Shown here piece by piece: positions 50,531 to 63,219 of a DNA stretch of 64,000 bases (positions are counted from its first letter, which is position 1; every line of letters starts with the position of its first letter). Under the pieces are notes generated by a model that did no database searches, was not told the origin of the DNA, and saw only the letters and a program-made list of their open reading frames with translations. The DNA comes from Octopus sinensis (Eukaryota), in assembly GCF_006345805.1 (NCBI RefSeq), contig NC_043017.1:33418001-33482000 (forward strand), given 5' to 3'. Both the position numbers and the translations under genes were made by a program.

Positions 50531-50534
<4 letters not shown>

Positions 50535-50700
50535 TAAGCCAAACATGAAAACATGAAGAGAAAACACAACAACACGAGAACGTGGAACAACTATAGTGCT
50601 ATTGGACGCTCAGGAAAGGAAGGAAAGAAGGAGGATTTAACATTTCAAGTGGAGCGCTTCGTCAGAAACATAGGAAAAGGAAAGATCCAAGGAAGGGAAG
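50531..50700 (-). mobile_element. Solo PLE-type terminal repeat with decayed HHR (50635-50669)
   Basis: Homologous to 53263-53469. Minus: GUUU CUGACGA A GCGC UCC ACUU GAAAUGUU AAAU; 3' (TA)n tail. Confidence 0.7.
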
Positions 50701-50729
50701 ACATACATACATACATATTTATATACATA

Positions 50730-50954
50730 TGAGGGGTGCTGAAAAGTTCCTGGCTTTGAGTAGAAGAAAATACAAGAGGATCAGTTTATTAGTTAATTAT
50801 GATTTTATTCAACATCTTCCCCTCTCAGATTCACACACTTATTGCAGTGGTCTTTCAGTTTTTCTAAGCCCTGTAAAAGAACTGAGAAGGTTGAGCCTCC
50901 AACCAGACCTTACCAGGATACCCTTAAAACCAGAAATTTTTCTGTACTTCCTCA
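50730..50954. mobile_element. Mariner-derived MITE
   Basis: TA|TGAGGGGTGCTGAAAAGTTCCTGGCTTT ... AAAACCAGAAATTTTTCTGTACTTCCTCA|TA: imperfect TIRs with TA TSD. Confidence 0.7.
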
Positions 50955-51319
50955 TATATTGTTGTCATCAACATCAGTTAATATCCAAGTAGTTAATCTG
51001 TAATGAGTGATTGAGCCTCTTCACCCTGACAAGTGCGAAGGGTGCCAGTGCCTGAGATAGTCGTTCAGGCCAAGGGAAATATAGAAGAGCCAGGGGGCAT
51101 TTATCATGGGTGGTAGGGACAGGGAAGTGCAAGACACTCTTTGCATCTTCTACATTTGATTTCTGCCTCTTGAGTTCTGTTATTTTCCATCCAGTTTTGA
51201 TAGTGAGATGCTACCACTTTGGGCAATCCTTTGTAATTGTGTACCAGTATTTTGGTCAATAGAGCAGCAGAGGAGCTATGGAATTTGGGGGCACCGTATA
51301 GTCTGGTATGTATACATAT

Positions 51320-51745
51320 TACTCTTTTACTCATTTACTCTTTTACTCGTTTCAGTCATTTGACTGCGGCCATGCTGGAGCACCGCCTTAAATCGAGCAA
51401 CTCGACCCCGGGACTTATTCTTTTGCAAGCCCAGTACTTATTCTATCAGTCTCTTTTGCCAAACTGCTAAGTGACGGGGACGTAAACACACCAGCATCGG
51501 TTGTCAAGCAATGTTAGGGGGACAAACACAGACACACAAACACATACACACATACACATAGATATATATACATATATACGACAGGCTTCTTTCAGTTTCC
51601 ATCTACCAAATCCACTCACAAGGCATTGGTTGGCCCGGGGCTATAGCAGAAGACACTTGCTCAAGATGCCACGCAGTGGGAATGAACCTGGAACCATGTG
51701 GTTGGTTAGCAAGCTACTTACCACACAGCCACTCCTGCGCCTATA
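51320..51745 (-). mobile_element. SINE-A (young subfamily)
   Basis: Full-length match. Confidence 0.9.
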
Positions 51746-53214
51746 CTAATGAATAAATGAATAGATTCATCCTCACAGATGATAGTTGGAGGCCTGAAAC
51801 ACACCCTTCAATATTCCACAGACAATAGGGTCTTGTAATGTATGCCCATGTCTTCTGAATCCAATCTTTAATGGCAATGCTCAATATTAGCCATTTGGGC
51901 TCACAAGCATATTTATTGAACCCCGTAGCTCCTGAAGATACAATCACAATAGTTCTGAACCTGGATAACTTTCGCAAAATATTGCAGTTTGTTGCCATTT
52001 GCTTATTCTCATCAACTTTTGCTCCGGTGCTGTCTCTTCCAGAAGTGAATCTTTCATTCGACAAACCACCTGAATGATCCGCAGTGCTCTGCAAATGCAT
52101 GTTACCTAGAATGCCCTAAATTGCTTATCTCAGCCCAACTTAGATTATATGCTTGCTACCCATGCAACATACTGACCTTGCTTCTGTTTGATGCTTTTGC
52201 TGAGGAAGCAGTCTCACCATGTTATCGTGAGTGACCTTCACGTTGGTTTTTCTACACCAAATCTGGCACTTGCAGTTCTTTGTTTGGTCAGCATGAATTT
52301 GTCAACCTTGATGAAATCAATTACATGCCATTGTTTAGGAAGGTGTCCTGGTTCCCCAGAGTCTACCATAAACTATGTCCCTGTGTCTTTGTGTCTTTGC
52401 TTGTTATCCTACCATCACTTAACAACCAGTATTGGTGTGTTTACATCCCACAACTTAGCAGTTTGGCAAAAGGGAACCAATAGAATAAGTACTAGGATTT
52501 AGCTGAATCTTGGGGACAATTTGTTCGACTAAAACCCTTCAAGGTAGTGCTCTAACATGGCCACAGTCACATGAGCGAAACAAGAAAAAGATAAAAGATA
52601 TACATAAATATGTGTGTATGTGTATATACATATATAATGTACGTGCGTATATATATATGAAGTATGACATACACATAAATATGTATAGTCACTGACATAT
52701 AATTAAGCTAATTGAGCCATTAAAATGTCAGGTTTCATTTTTATTCATTGCATTACTTACCATAATTATGTATTCACAGTAAACGTAATTGCCTATTTCC
52801 AAATATTTAATAAAACTTTATTTAATGCCTCCGTATGGAGTTAATAATTTTAATGCAAATGTGAATGATAAAGGGTTCCTACATCACTGATCTGTTTGCT
52901 GTCATTGACTTCACACGGACATGGAAAATCAAACAATGTGATACAGTAATAATTCAGAAATATACTATACAGTAGGTTTCATTGAGAGGTATGGAGCTAG
53001 ATAAAAATATGTTTACGAATATGTATGCAGGTCTTCAATAGAGCCGAGAGTTCTTTTATACGGTGTGCGTGTGTATGTGTGTACTAAATGATTTGTTTAA
53101 CCCTCGAATAATACTTACACACTTGTAGAGAAGGTGGGGAGAACGAGAAGAAGAAATAGAGATATATCAGAAAGATGTGTGTGTGTGTGTGTTGTGTGTG
53201 TGTGTGTGTGTGTG

Positions 53215-53262
<48 letters not shown>

Positions 53263-53263
<1 letters not shown>

Positions 53264-53469
53264 GTTAATCCAAACAAGAAAACACAGAAAAAAAGAGAAA
53301 AAAACACAGCAACGCAGGACGTGGAACAATTAAAGTATTATTGACGCTCAGGAAAGAAGGGAAGGAGGGTTTAACGTTTCGAGCGGAGCTCTTCGTCGGA
53401 AACAAGGAGAAGGAAAAATCCCAAGGAGGGAAGACAGAGGAGACAATATTTGAGCTGGTGGTGCTTAAG
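53263..53469 (-). mobile_element. Solo PLE-type terminal repeat between two (TA)n tracts
   Basis: Contains an HHR and, after it, TTTCCTGAGCGTCAATAATAC..TTCCACGTCCTGCGT, homologous to the PLE 3' end at 28963-29015. Confidence 0.75.
53369..53403 (-). ncRNA. Minimal type I hammerhead ribozyme variant
   Basis: Minus: GUUU CCGACGA A GAGC-UCC-GCUC GAA ACGU U AAAC; stem I GUUU/AAAC, stem II GAGC/GCUC; the core has U4C. Confidence 0.65.
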
Positions 53470-53492
53470 ATATATATATATATATATATATA

Positions 53493-53800
53493 GTGGAGGC
53501 GCAATGCCCCATTCGTTATGGCAGCGGACTCGCGGTCGTAGGATCGCCGTTTCGATTCCCAGAGCGGATGTTGTGAGTGTTTGTTGAGCGAAAACACCTA
53601 AAGCTCCACGAGGCTCCAACAGGGGCTGGTGGCGATCCCTGTAGTAATCTTTCGCCACAACTTTCTCTCACTCTTTCGTCTGTTGCCCTACTCGCTTAGC
53701 CAGCGAAGTGGCGTCATTTGAAGGCTAAAACAATGCGAAGCGCATTGTGACCAGCGACGTGAAGCAACATCTGATAGCCTGGTCGGTCACGGTAATCACG

Positions 53801-53805
<5 letters not shown>
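53493..53805 (+). mobile_element. SINE-C, tail variant 3, inserted in (TA)n
   Basis: Same head as 44853, a different 3' body, and TA tracts on both sides. Confidence 0.85.
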
Positions 53806-53839
<34 letters not shown>

Positions 53840-54059
53840 ATAGATGACAAGCTTCTTTCAGTTTCCCTCTACCAGATCCATTCACAAGGATTTGGTCGGA
53901 TGGAGGCTATAATAGAAGACATTTGGCCAAAGTGCCACGCTGTGAGACTGAACCTGGAACCAAGTGACTTAGAAGCAAGCTTCTTGCAAAACAGCCACGC
54001 CTACGCTTATTTATTCACATGGTTTCGATGATGTGATTGCTTATTTTTAGAATGACATA

Positions 54060-54548
54060 TCGCGGTAGCTGTGAGGGTCCTGATCCGGTCAGTTTGAACG
54101 TAAAACGGAGGATATTTGAGCCTGGTATTACTCTTTACTCTTTTACTCTTTTACTTGTTTCAGTCATTGACTGCGGCCATGCTGGAGCACCGCCTTTAAT
54201 CGAGCAACTCGATCCCAGGACTTATTCTTTTGTAAGCCCAGTACTTATTCTATCAGTCTCTTTTGCTGAACCGCTAAGTAACGGGGACATAAACACACCA
54301 GCATCGGTTGTCAAGAAATGCTGGGGGGACAAACACACACATATATATACATATATACGACGGGCTTCTTTCAGTTTCCGTCTACCAAATCCACTCACAA
54401 GGCTTTGGTTGGCCTGAGGCTATAGTAGAAGACACTTGCCCAAGGTGGCACGCAGTGGGACTGAACTCGGAACCATGTGGTTGGTAAACAAGCTACTTAC
54501 CACACAGCCACTCCTGCGCCTATGACTGGTTTGAATGCTAAAGGGTTA
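54060..54548. mobile_element. piggyBac-type MITE 3' half interrupted by SINE-A (54130-54522, -)
   Basis: Ends GAATGCTAAAGGG|TTAA; the body matches the 17880-17955 region. Confidence 0.7.
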
Positions 54549-56023
54549 ATGATAATCTTCCTTTCAACCAAAAGGCACAAGGCCTGGAATATCGAGGTCA
54601 GTGCTAATCGATTACATCGATCTTAGTGCTTGATTGGTGATTAATTTATTGAAAGGATGAACGGCAAAGGAGACCTCGGCGGAATTTGAATACCGGAGGT
54701 GCCACGCAGTGGGATTGAACCCGGAACCATATGGTTGGGAAGCAAGGTTCTTACCACACAGCCACGCCTGCGTTTATAATTTTTTTTAAATGTCTCACTA
54801 AAGCGAAATATTTTAATAAGTAATACTACACAAGCGCACATACGCACAAATTCGCATGCAGGTGCTCACACACACACACGCCAATGAACATTCTTGCACA
54901 CGCATTTGCACTGGCTTCCAGTCTAGCTATTAATATTTTCTGGCCACTCGACCAGTAGCAGCTAAATCTTCACCAAATTACACTGCACCGTTAAAAAAAA
55001 ATAAACAGTGAAAAGATATTTGCATGATGTCGTTTTTGTATACACAATGTCTGAGACTCAACAGCATTTTATCGCCAATTGCAACACTGATACGTGCACG
55101 TGCACATAGACAGTGCGTCGAGACACATAAATATGCTCTTCTACAAACATATTCCGTACGCACAGATACACATAGACACACAGACACACACGCACGCAGA
55201 GAAAGAGTAACACATACTGACATATTCCACACGTACACATACACAGACACATACCTATGCACGCTACCTCATATAAATGCGTACATATGCATACATATAA
55301 ACGTGTATAGACGCGTGAATTCCACATACATGCACAACGTGCACATACGCAACGCATTTCCCATAAATTTGTTTGCGCACATGCAAACATATTAAAATAG
55401 ATGTTCACTTTACAGTTATGCACGGCTATATTTAACACGTGTACATGCAGACACTGGAAACCACTCAATGCTGCGCTCACAAAAACTTCTTTATTGATTT
55501 GCATTTGAATGGAAGAAAAATTTGAAAACTGCGTTTCTTACTGAAGATATTTATTGGCCGGTGCTTGTAGCAGTTACATTTTATTTAAATCTTAAGTGGT
55601 TCGCAATCTTTATTGAAAATAGAAACATGCGCCCATTAACAGATAACAATGGAAAAGCGCCCTCATCAGCGCAGGGGGGAAAAAAAAAACCATTACTTCT
55701 TAAATCAGACACTATTTACTCTATATGACTGAGAATAGAAAAGGTTTATGTTAATGGGGAGGTTGTAGGTTGGTAGGGTGGTAGGGTGGTATGGCTGGGA
55801 GTATGATGTGCTTTATGTTCGATTGGGTCAGAAAAGGGGTGGAAGTTATTGTATGTCGGGTTAGATAGGAGTAAGGAACGGAAGAAAGGCAATGGAATCA
55901 GAGGAAAGGACGAGGAGAGGTGTGGGAGAAACGGAAGCAAGCGAAGAGAACTAATCAAAATAAGTTTGTTCCACCATGTCAGTCGCTGATGCGTGTGTGT
56001 ATATATATATATATATTATATAT

Positions 56024-56095
<72 letters not shown>

Positions 56096-56887
56096 TGTAT
56101 GTATGTATGTATGTATGTATGTACGTATGTGTGTGTATGTATGTATGAATATGTGTGTGTATATATATAGATAGATAGATGATAAGTAAGTAAATTGTAT
56201 GTGTGTTGTGCGTATATATATATATACATATGAGTTTGTGCGTATATCGGGTGACGTACATAAACACACATTGTTGCTTGGTGACTTCATTGCCATTTAC
56301 TGGACGTGTACGCTTCTGGCATTTGTTAAGATGTTTGGTTCTTAAACAAACAAAAAAACTTTGAAAGGACTTTTCTTGGTTTTTCTGACAATGAGTTCTT
56401 ACTGTAAATATCGACGTTTTTTGTTGCTTCATAACTGTAGTTGTATTGTGTCAGTTGTTTGTCCATTGAGTGTTTGTTGTAATTTCTATAAAACAATGGC
56501 ACTAAGCAAGTATTATTGAGATTAATCTCCGAAGACGGTGGGAGAGAATTTCTTCAGTTTCCTTTTAAAAAAAAAAACCTCTTACCAAGTCTCCCTCTCT
56601 CTCTCTTTCGCACGCACACACATACATACGCACACTCATACACACACAATAGTATTTTACTGACTATACTTTATTACTTTATATTTTTTTGTTATGCACC
56701 TGTCCCTATTCAACCAATTGTGCATACATGCATATCCATTATATGTATACACACACACACATATATATAAAGTTATTTTCTAAAGCACACACACACTAAT
56801 ATATTTATTTAAGTGCAGAAAAAAACTTCATCTTCCTGCAATGGAATAAATACATATTTCCATTTATTTTTCTGTTTCGCTGTGGGT

Positions 56888-56889
<2 letters not shown>

Positions 56890-56955
<66 letters not shown>

Positions 56956-57083
56956 GTATATACATTTATATATATGTATATATATATATGTATTATATAT
57001 ATATATATATATATACGTATATACATTATATATATGTATATATGTATATATATATATGTATATATATATGTATATATTATATG

Positions 57084-57118
<35 letters not shown>

Positions 57119-57129
57119 GTATATATATG

Positions 57130-57192
<63 letters not shown>

Positions 57193-57210
57193 TATATACA
57201 ATATATATAA
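56890..57210. repeat. Long (TA)n microsatellite
   Basis: Directly visible. Confidence 0.95.
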
Positions 57211-57244
57211 ATGCACATATGCATAAATGAATATACATGTTATA

Positions 57245-57972
57245 CAAAGGTTGAACAAAGTTATGAAAATACCACATTTTATTTAACTGCAGGCGGTTGG
57301 TTCTATTGGCAACATAACAAATTCAGAATTGTTCTAGCTTGCATATGTGTGTTCATGTGCATTATGTATGACTTATATTTCATGATCTCACTCTGAGTTT
57401 TTCAGATATTTTATTTGAATAAACTATAATTCATGGCCCGTCTGATTTCCAAAGAGACCAAATTGTTGGCTGCAATTTCAGTCACTAAAACCGCTGAATT
57501 TTTAAATGTTTCAGAAGTACAGTGTATAAAATCATGTTAGTATTTCAAAACCAATGGGGAAAATCAACTCTGGGAAGCATAATTTTGCATTGGTGAACGT
57601 TCAATGAGAGGGACCGTGGGATTTGAAACGGACGAAAATGTACCAATTCACACAACCAGTGTTATTCAAAATTGATACGAAGTGCACAAAAGTAAAGTAG
57701 ACCGTTTGGATTACACCCTACAATCACCGAATCTCTATATAATCGAACAATTAGAATAATTTTTGAAATAGCGAATGAGAGAATCTTCCCTCAGCCATCG
57801 CCCTTGAAAGATCTTAAAAAAGATTTTACGTTCAGATGGGCTTAAAATTTCCCTGACTTGTACGAGTGAATTCTCGACAAATTAAACTCTATTGCCAAAT
57901 ATGGACAAAATTTGTATCAATTAACAAAACTTCCGGTTAAGAAAATGGTTCCATTATTTTGACCAACCCATG
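57245..57972 (+). mobile_element. Decayed, internally deleted Tc1-like transposon
   Basis: TA|CAAAGGTTGAACAAAGTTATG ... CCATTATTTTGACCAACCCATG|TA TIRs; frameshifted SDFQRDQIVG..SVTKTAEFLNVS..TVYKIM matches the Tc1 HTH. Confidence 0.7.
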
Positions 57973-58054
57973 TAAATATGGGGTGGGAGACCGCACGCGA
58001 TGTGTGCATGCATGCGTATGTATGTGTGTGTACAGACACGTGAGAAGTATATAT

Positions 58055-58630
58055 ATTTCTTTACTATCCACAAGGGGCTAAACACAGAGGGGACAAACAA
58101 GGACAGACAAAGGGATTAAGTCGATTCCATCGACCCCAGTGTGTAACTGGTACTTAATTAATCAACCCCGGAAGGATGAAAGGCAAAGTCGACCTCGGTA
58201 GAATTTGAACTCAGAACATAGCAGCAGATGAAATACCTATTTCTTTACTACCCACAAGGGGCTAAACACAGAGGAGACAAACAAGGACAGACAAAGGGAT
58301 TAAGTCGATTCCATCGACCCCAGTGTGTAACTGGTACTTAATTTATCGACCCCGAAAGGATGAAAGGCAAAGTCGATCTCGGCGGAATTTGAACTCAGAA
58401 CGTAGCGGCAGACGAAATACCTATTTCTTTACTACCCACAAGGGGCTAAACACAGAGGGGACAAACAAGGACAGACAAAGGGATTAAGTCGATTCCATCG
58501 ACCCCAGTGTGTAACTGGTACTTATTTAATCGACCCCGAAAGGATGAAAGGCAAAGTCGACCTCGGCGGAATTTGAACTCAGAACGTAGCGGCAGACGAA
58601 ATACGGCTACGCATTTCGCCCGGCGTGCTG
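58055..58630 (-). mobile_element. SINE-B trimer (three 184-bp units, one head)
   Basis: ATTTCTTTACT starts at 58055, 58239 and 58423; a single head follows at about 58607-58630. Confidence 0.95.
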
Positions 58631-58844
58631 CAAAACAAAGTCGAGGAAATATACTTATATATCAAATCTAGAGTAAAATAGTAATTAACTGCAGCTGAAA
58701 AGACTTTGACAAACTATTTCAGAACAATGCAATAAGCTAATAAGTATATATAAGTATACTTGTAAATACTTATAATTACTCTAACAGTTTATGAAGTCTT
58801 TCCATTTTCAATACTATATATGTGTGTGTGTGTGTGTGTCTATA

Positions 58845-59062
58845 TCACTCTTTTACTTGTTTCAGTCATTTGACTGTGGCGGTGCTCCACCATTTAGTCG
58901 AGCCTTTAGTCGAGCAAATCGACCCCAGGACTTATTCTTTGTAAGCTTAGTACTTATTCTATTGGTCTCTTTTGCCGAACCGCTAAGTTACGGGGATGTA
59001 AACACACCAGCATCGGTTGGGGTGACAAACACAGACACACACACACATATATATATATATGC

Positions 59063-59093
<31 letters not shown>

Positions 59094-59290
59094 ATATATA
59101 TATAATATATATATATATAAATATACATATATAACGGGCTTCTTTCAGTTTCCGTCTACCAAATCCACTCACGAAGCTTTGGTCGGCCCGAGGCTATAGT
59201 AGAAGACACTTGCCCAAGGTGCCACGCAGTGGGACTGAACCCGGAACCATGTGGTTCGTAAGCAAGCTACTTACCACACAGCCAGCCCTA
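58845..59290 (-). mobile_element. SINE-A
   Basis: Full-length match with an expanded central TA tract. Confidence 0.9.
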
Positions 59291-59301
59291 TATATATATA
59301 C

Positions 59302-59359
<58 letters not shown>

Positions 59360-59391
59360 TGTATGTATGTATGTATGTATGTATGTATGTA

Positions 59392-59545
59392 TGACGGGAG
59401 CTTTTTGTACCAGTAGCCTTCTATCAAGTCTCTCCCAGGTGCTTTTCCATTCGTCAGTTTCATAATAATCGTCGGAAGTGTTTCACTGGTAAGAGACGTT
59501 TGCACAATAATCTCTTCATGCTTCGTTTAACCGTGCTGCATTGCA
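59392..59545 (-). mobile_element. R4/Dong-like RT N-terminal fragment
   Basis: LTSETLPTIIMKLTNGKAPGRDLIEGYWYKKLPS matches the K.PG.D.I.GYWYKKL RT-start motif; it stops abruptly at (TATG)n. Confidence 0.7.
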
Positions 59546-59713
59546 ATAGTGTTTATAGCAAAGATGAGTAAATAAGGAAATGTGAAAATGATATACGACG
59601 TGAGATGAAAATGTTCAGGTAAGCTACGATTTATTCTCTGTTATAGAATACATGAAATAAATTAATATTGCCATACATGAAAGAAATTAATATAGCAGGT
59701 TACAGCAAACATG

Positions 59714-60177
59714 TGTGAGAGACTTCGTGGTCAGACTGAACTGTTGATCTTGTAGACAAAGTTGACGTATTGTTTGGTGGTGTGTAGAGGCAGCCGTTGG
59801 TTTGTTGGTTGTGTGGTGCTCATGCAGCAACGCTGTCGGCAGGGGTCTAGTGGAGATGAAAGCGGAGACTGGCTGGTGTCAGATACATCGTTGTCAGAGA
59901 CGACTTGCGTGTGGTCAGTAGAGTGTACCAATGATGTAGCGCAGTCGAGACCTCCCGTTATTATAGAGATCAGGAGGCTCCCAGGGTTGGAGATTAATTT
60001 CCCGCGTAAGGAAAAACGAACTGTTGCATCAAACACGATTGGACGGCCGGAAACCAACCAATACGAACAACAAGTTCGGCTAATCACAAGATCATGTGAC
60101 CTGCTGGAACGAAAAGTCTTGTGGAGTCGATATCCCGGTATTTAAGCCTAAACAACTAGCAACGAAAACATCTCACA
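59714..60177. mobile_element. Probable solo LTR
   Basis: TGTGAGA...TCTCACA inverted ends (TG...CA), 464 bp, flanks CATG/CATA (3 of 4 match as TSD), GC-richer than the flanks. Confidence 0.55.
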
Positions 60178-60327
60178 CATAATGACAATATAAATCACTT
60201 CTGCTACGTTCTATGTTTACATTCCAGATTCCCAGTCAAAATGACTCTAGACCTTTCTAAAGAGGAGGAGTATTTCCTGTCTTGATGGTATTGACTTTCA
60301 TAATGCGATATATAGCTTGTGGGTTTC

Positions 60328-61000
60328 TAATAATAATAATAATGAAATTATTGTATACAGTGCTCAGGTGCACCACAACTAGTCAGAAGTGCGTATAAAG
60401 TATGTGCAGCTATGTACAAATGTCTGGAAAGCGAACAATGATTGAGTCAGATACATGCTTGTGTGTGTATAGAGGGGAAGAAATCAGGTGTAGTGTTGGC
60501 GAATCTCAGAAAGCATGGAAGTTTTGAAGGATGCAGTGCTCCGACAACTAACAACTGATACCGGCAGTTTGCTCCATGCTTCAGCAACTCTTAGCGTGAA
60601 AAAATGTTTCCTAAAGTCATGGGAGCTGTGCTGTTTTCTTACTTTGTAAACATGTCCACGGGTGTTAGACAGATGGAGTTTGAAAAGGTGCTCAGAGTTA
60701 TTGTTGGTAAGATGGTTAATAATTTTATGGGTGTCTGCCAAGTCAGCTGCCAGACGTCAGAGTTTCAATGTATCCATGCCCAGGGAAGTAAGGCGGTCAG
60801 AATATGGCAAATGCCTGATGGAGGGTATTCTCCTGGTTGCACGTCGCTGAACGGTTTCCAGACGATTAATATCCTGGGCAAGATAGGGGTTCCAGACCGG
60901 TGATGCAAATTCCAGGTGAGGCCGCACCATAGCTATATAATGCTGCAGATAGATAACCGGAGAGCGGCTCACAAAGGACTTGGTAAGTGATGCCAAGACG
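60328..61000 (-). mobile_element. CR1-clade LINE 3' end
   Basis: Same-frame ORFs 60757-60996 and 60484-60741 (MVRPHLEFASPVWNPYL..DINRLETVQRRATRRI..YSDRL..LG..TL..L*RLAADL..RKHFFTLRVAEAWSKLP); the stop is CGA>TGA; (ATT)n tail. Confidence 0.9.
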
Positions 61001-63219
61001 CTCTCTTGCAGGTTATCATTTTTTACTCGTGTTATGTTTTACTGTAATGGAGTTTTTTCACTTACCGCTTAAAGTGTTTGAGAGCGGGTGTTTGTTTGTT
61101 TGAATGCGTCTCTTATAGAATGCTGCTGAGAAAGAAGGCCCTATGTTCTAACATCGAAACAATATTCCATTGCTGGAAATTCGATAACCCTGATTAGCGT
61201 TCTACGTTGAACTTGAGAAAAATCTTGCATATTTTTCTGCTTATCTCTCGGATTGCTTGTGAAATTAGTCGTTCTCATTTGTAGCACAGTTAATATCTAT
61301 GACTTTTGTTTTCTATCGCAAATAGCTATATCAGGCTCAGTTTCTATGCTCGTAATGCAAGTTTGATGGCAATGTTGCAAACACGCATGTATTCAATAAC
61401 AACGGTGTTGTCTGTATTTTCCCAGAGTCATTTTTAGGCAGATTGCATTAAGTAGTGTTTTAGTAACATCATGTTGCAATGGGAATTAGTACTTGAATAT
61501 TTGGCGGCAGCTGCAGATCAAATGTTTTTCTGTATTTCAAAGTGAAGTGACACAACTGACACTTACCGTTGCATCTTGGAACGTTTTCGTAGCGATCTGC
61601 CTGGTCTTGGATTGTAAAATCAGAACTTTCGAGAAATGATAACATGGTTACGATTTCAAAAGAAGTTACGCTTCATTTCAAAATTATCTACTTCAAGTTT
61701 TCACTCTCCCTCAACTCTTTCATGCTATCCGTGTTACCGGAAGTGTGGCGCGAGGATGGGACATTTCTTTGATGAAGGTCATTGACATGTAGGAACACCT
61801 CAATCACAAAGAAAAACTGAAACTTTCAGACACGAGAAGTGGACAATACATACATACATACATACATACATACATACATACATACATACATACATACATA
61901 CGTACATACACAGGAATATCCTATGGCGACTCACGTGCACAAATTGTTAATGTAGATGTAATGGGGCTATTTATGTTAGCGCATGCCAACAAGAAGATAT
62001 ATTGCAAATGAAAAGCAAACACAAAGCATCAATGTGAAATCGGTTCCTTTGTTTGGAAGCAATATGACGGGAGACTATGCTATATAGCCGAGGGCACTTA
62101 AAGGCCTCCTAAATGCTACACTTGCAGTCATAGATGTTAGGCAAATAAAAGATGTTTGCGATACGGTCATTCTTTAGATTGATTTTTTGCATCGCTTTGT
62201 ATCTGAAGTAATTATAGATAATGTGAAGATAAAAATATTTAATTTCATATGTCTTTGATCACAGATAATGCAACTTGCCATCCACAATCTCTGCAACATT
62301 ACCATCCAAATGTTAGATTAATGTTTATGCTGTCAAATACAATATAATATCTGCAAACAATGCACCAAAGCATTATTGCATCGTTTAAAACATTTTATCT
62401 TTGACACCCATTTGATCAGTTAAGAAATGTTATTGATAAAAGACGGGACCAAAAACTAGGAGAAATATGTAAAAAACCATACGATGGTCTGTGTGGCGTA
62501 AAACTAATTACAGGGGTGTGGGATTATTTACGGAAGCAACTGTGAAAGACGTTTGGAATCCTGCCTTCAATTTATTGATAATGCTGTGGGATTCGAAGAA
62601 ATATAAATTGCAAAAATAAAGGGAAGGGATCATTGTAAATTGCCAATCGCTTTACTAATATATCAGAAATGAGAATTTCACTAGAATGGAGGAACATTAT
62701 GGAGAAAGTTGAAGATTTAACAAAAGGAATATCTGTTTGTCTTTGATTCTGAAGGGCTAGACGATACTTTTCTCGCATCGAAACCCCGATTACTTTTCCG
62801 TGTTCCAAGATTCCAATATTAGGCGAAATATAACAATTATTACAGATCTATACAAATCTCACGTTTGCTATCGTGAAATTTATAGCGAAAACCGAAAATT
62901 GTTAAAGGAAACAGATATAATCATCCAGTTTGTGCTAAATGACGCATAGAAAATTAGCAGCAAAGCAACTTTGTCGTGTTATAATAAAAGTTCTTTCCAC
63001 TTTTGGTACAAGGCCAGCGATTCTGAGAGGAGGTGAAAGAGTCGATTACATGTACCTCAATACGTAACCGGTGCTTTATTTTATCGACCCCATTGAAAGT
63101 ATGAAATCCAAAAGTGACTTCGTATTTCTACACAGAATGTTGAGAGTCGAAAGAAATACTGCAAAGAGTTTTTCTGGAGATCTAATGATTTAGTCACACG
63201 CGTCAACTTGGAATCAAGA

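Noticed and set aside
58055-58630. Regular repeats superficially like a CRISPR array
   Set aside because: Whole 184-bp units are repeated without unique spacers; eukaryotic SINE multimer.
62400-62830. ORF 62572-62808 as a piggyBac transposase remnant
   Set aside because: Only vague resemblance; no catalytic motif or TTAA-CCC terminus found.
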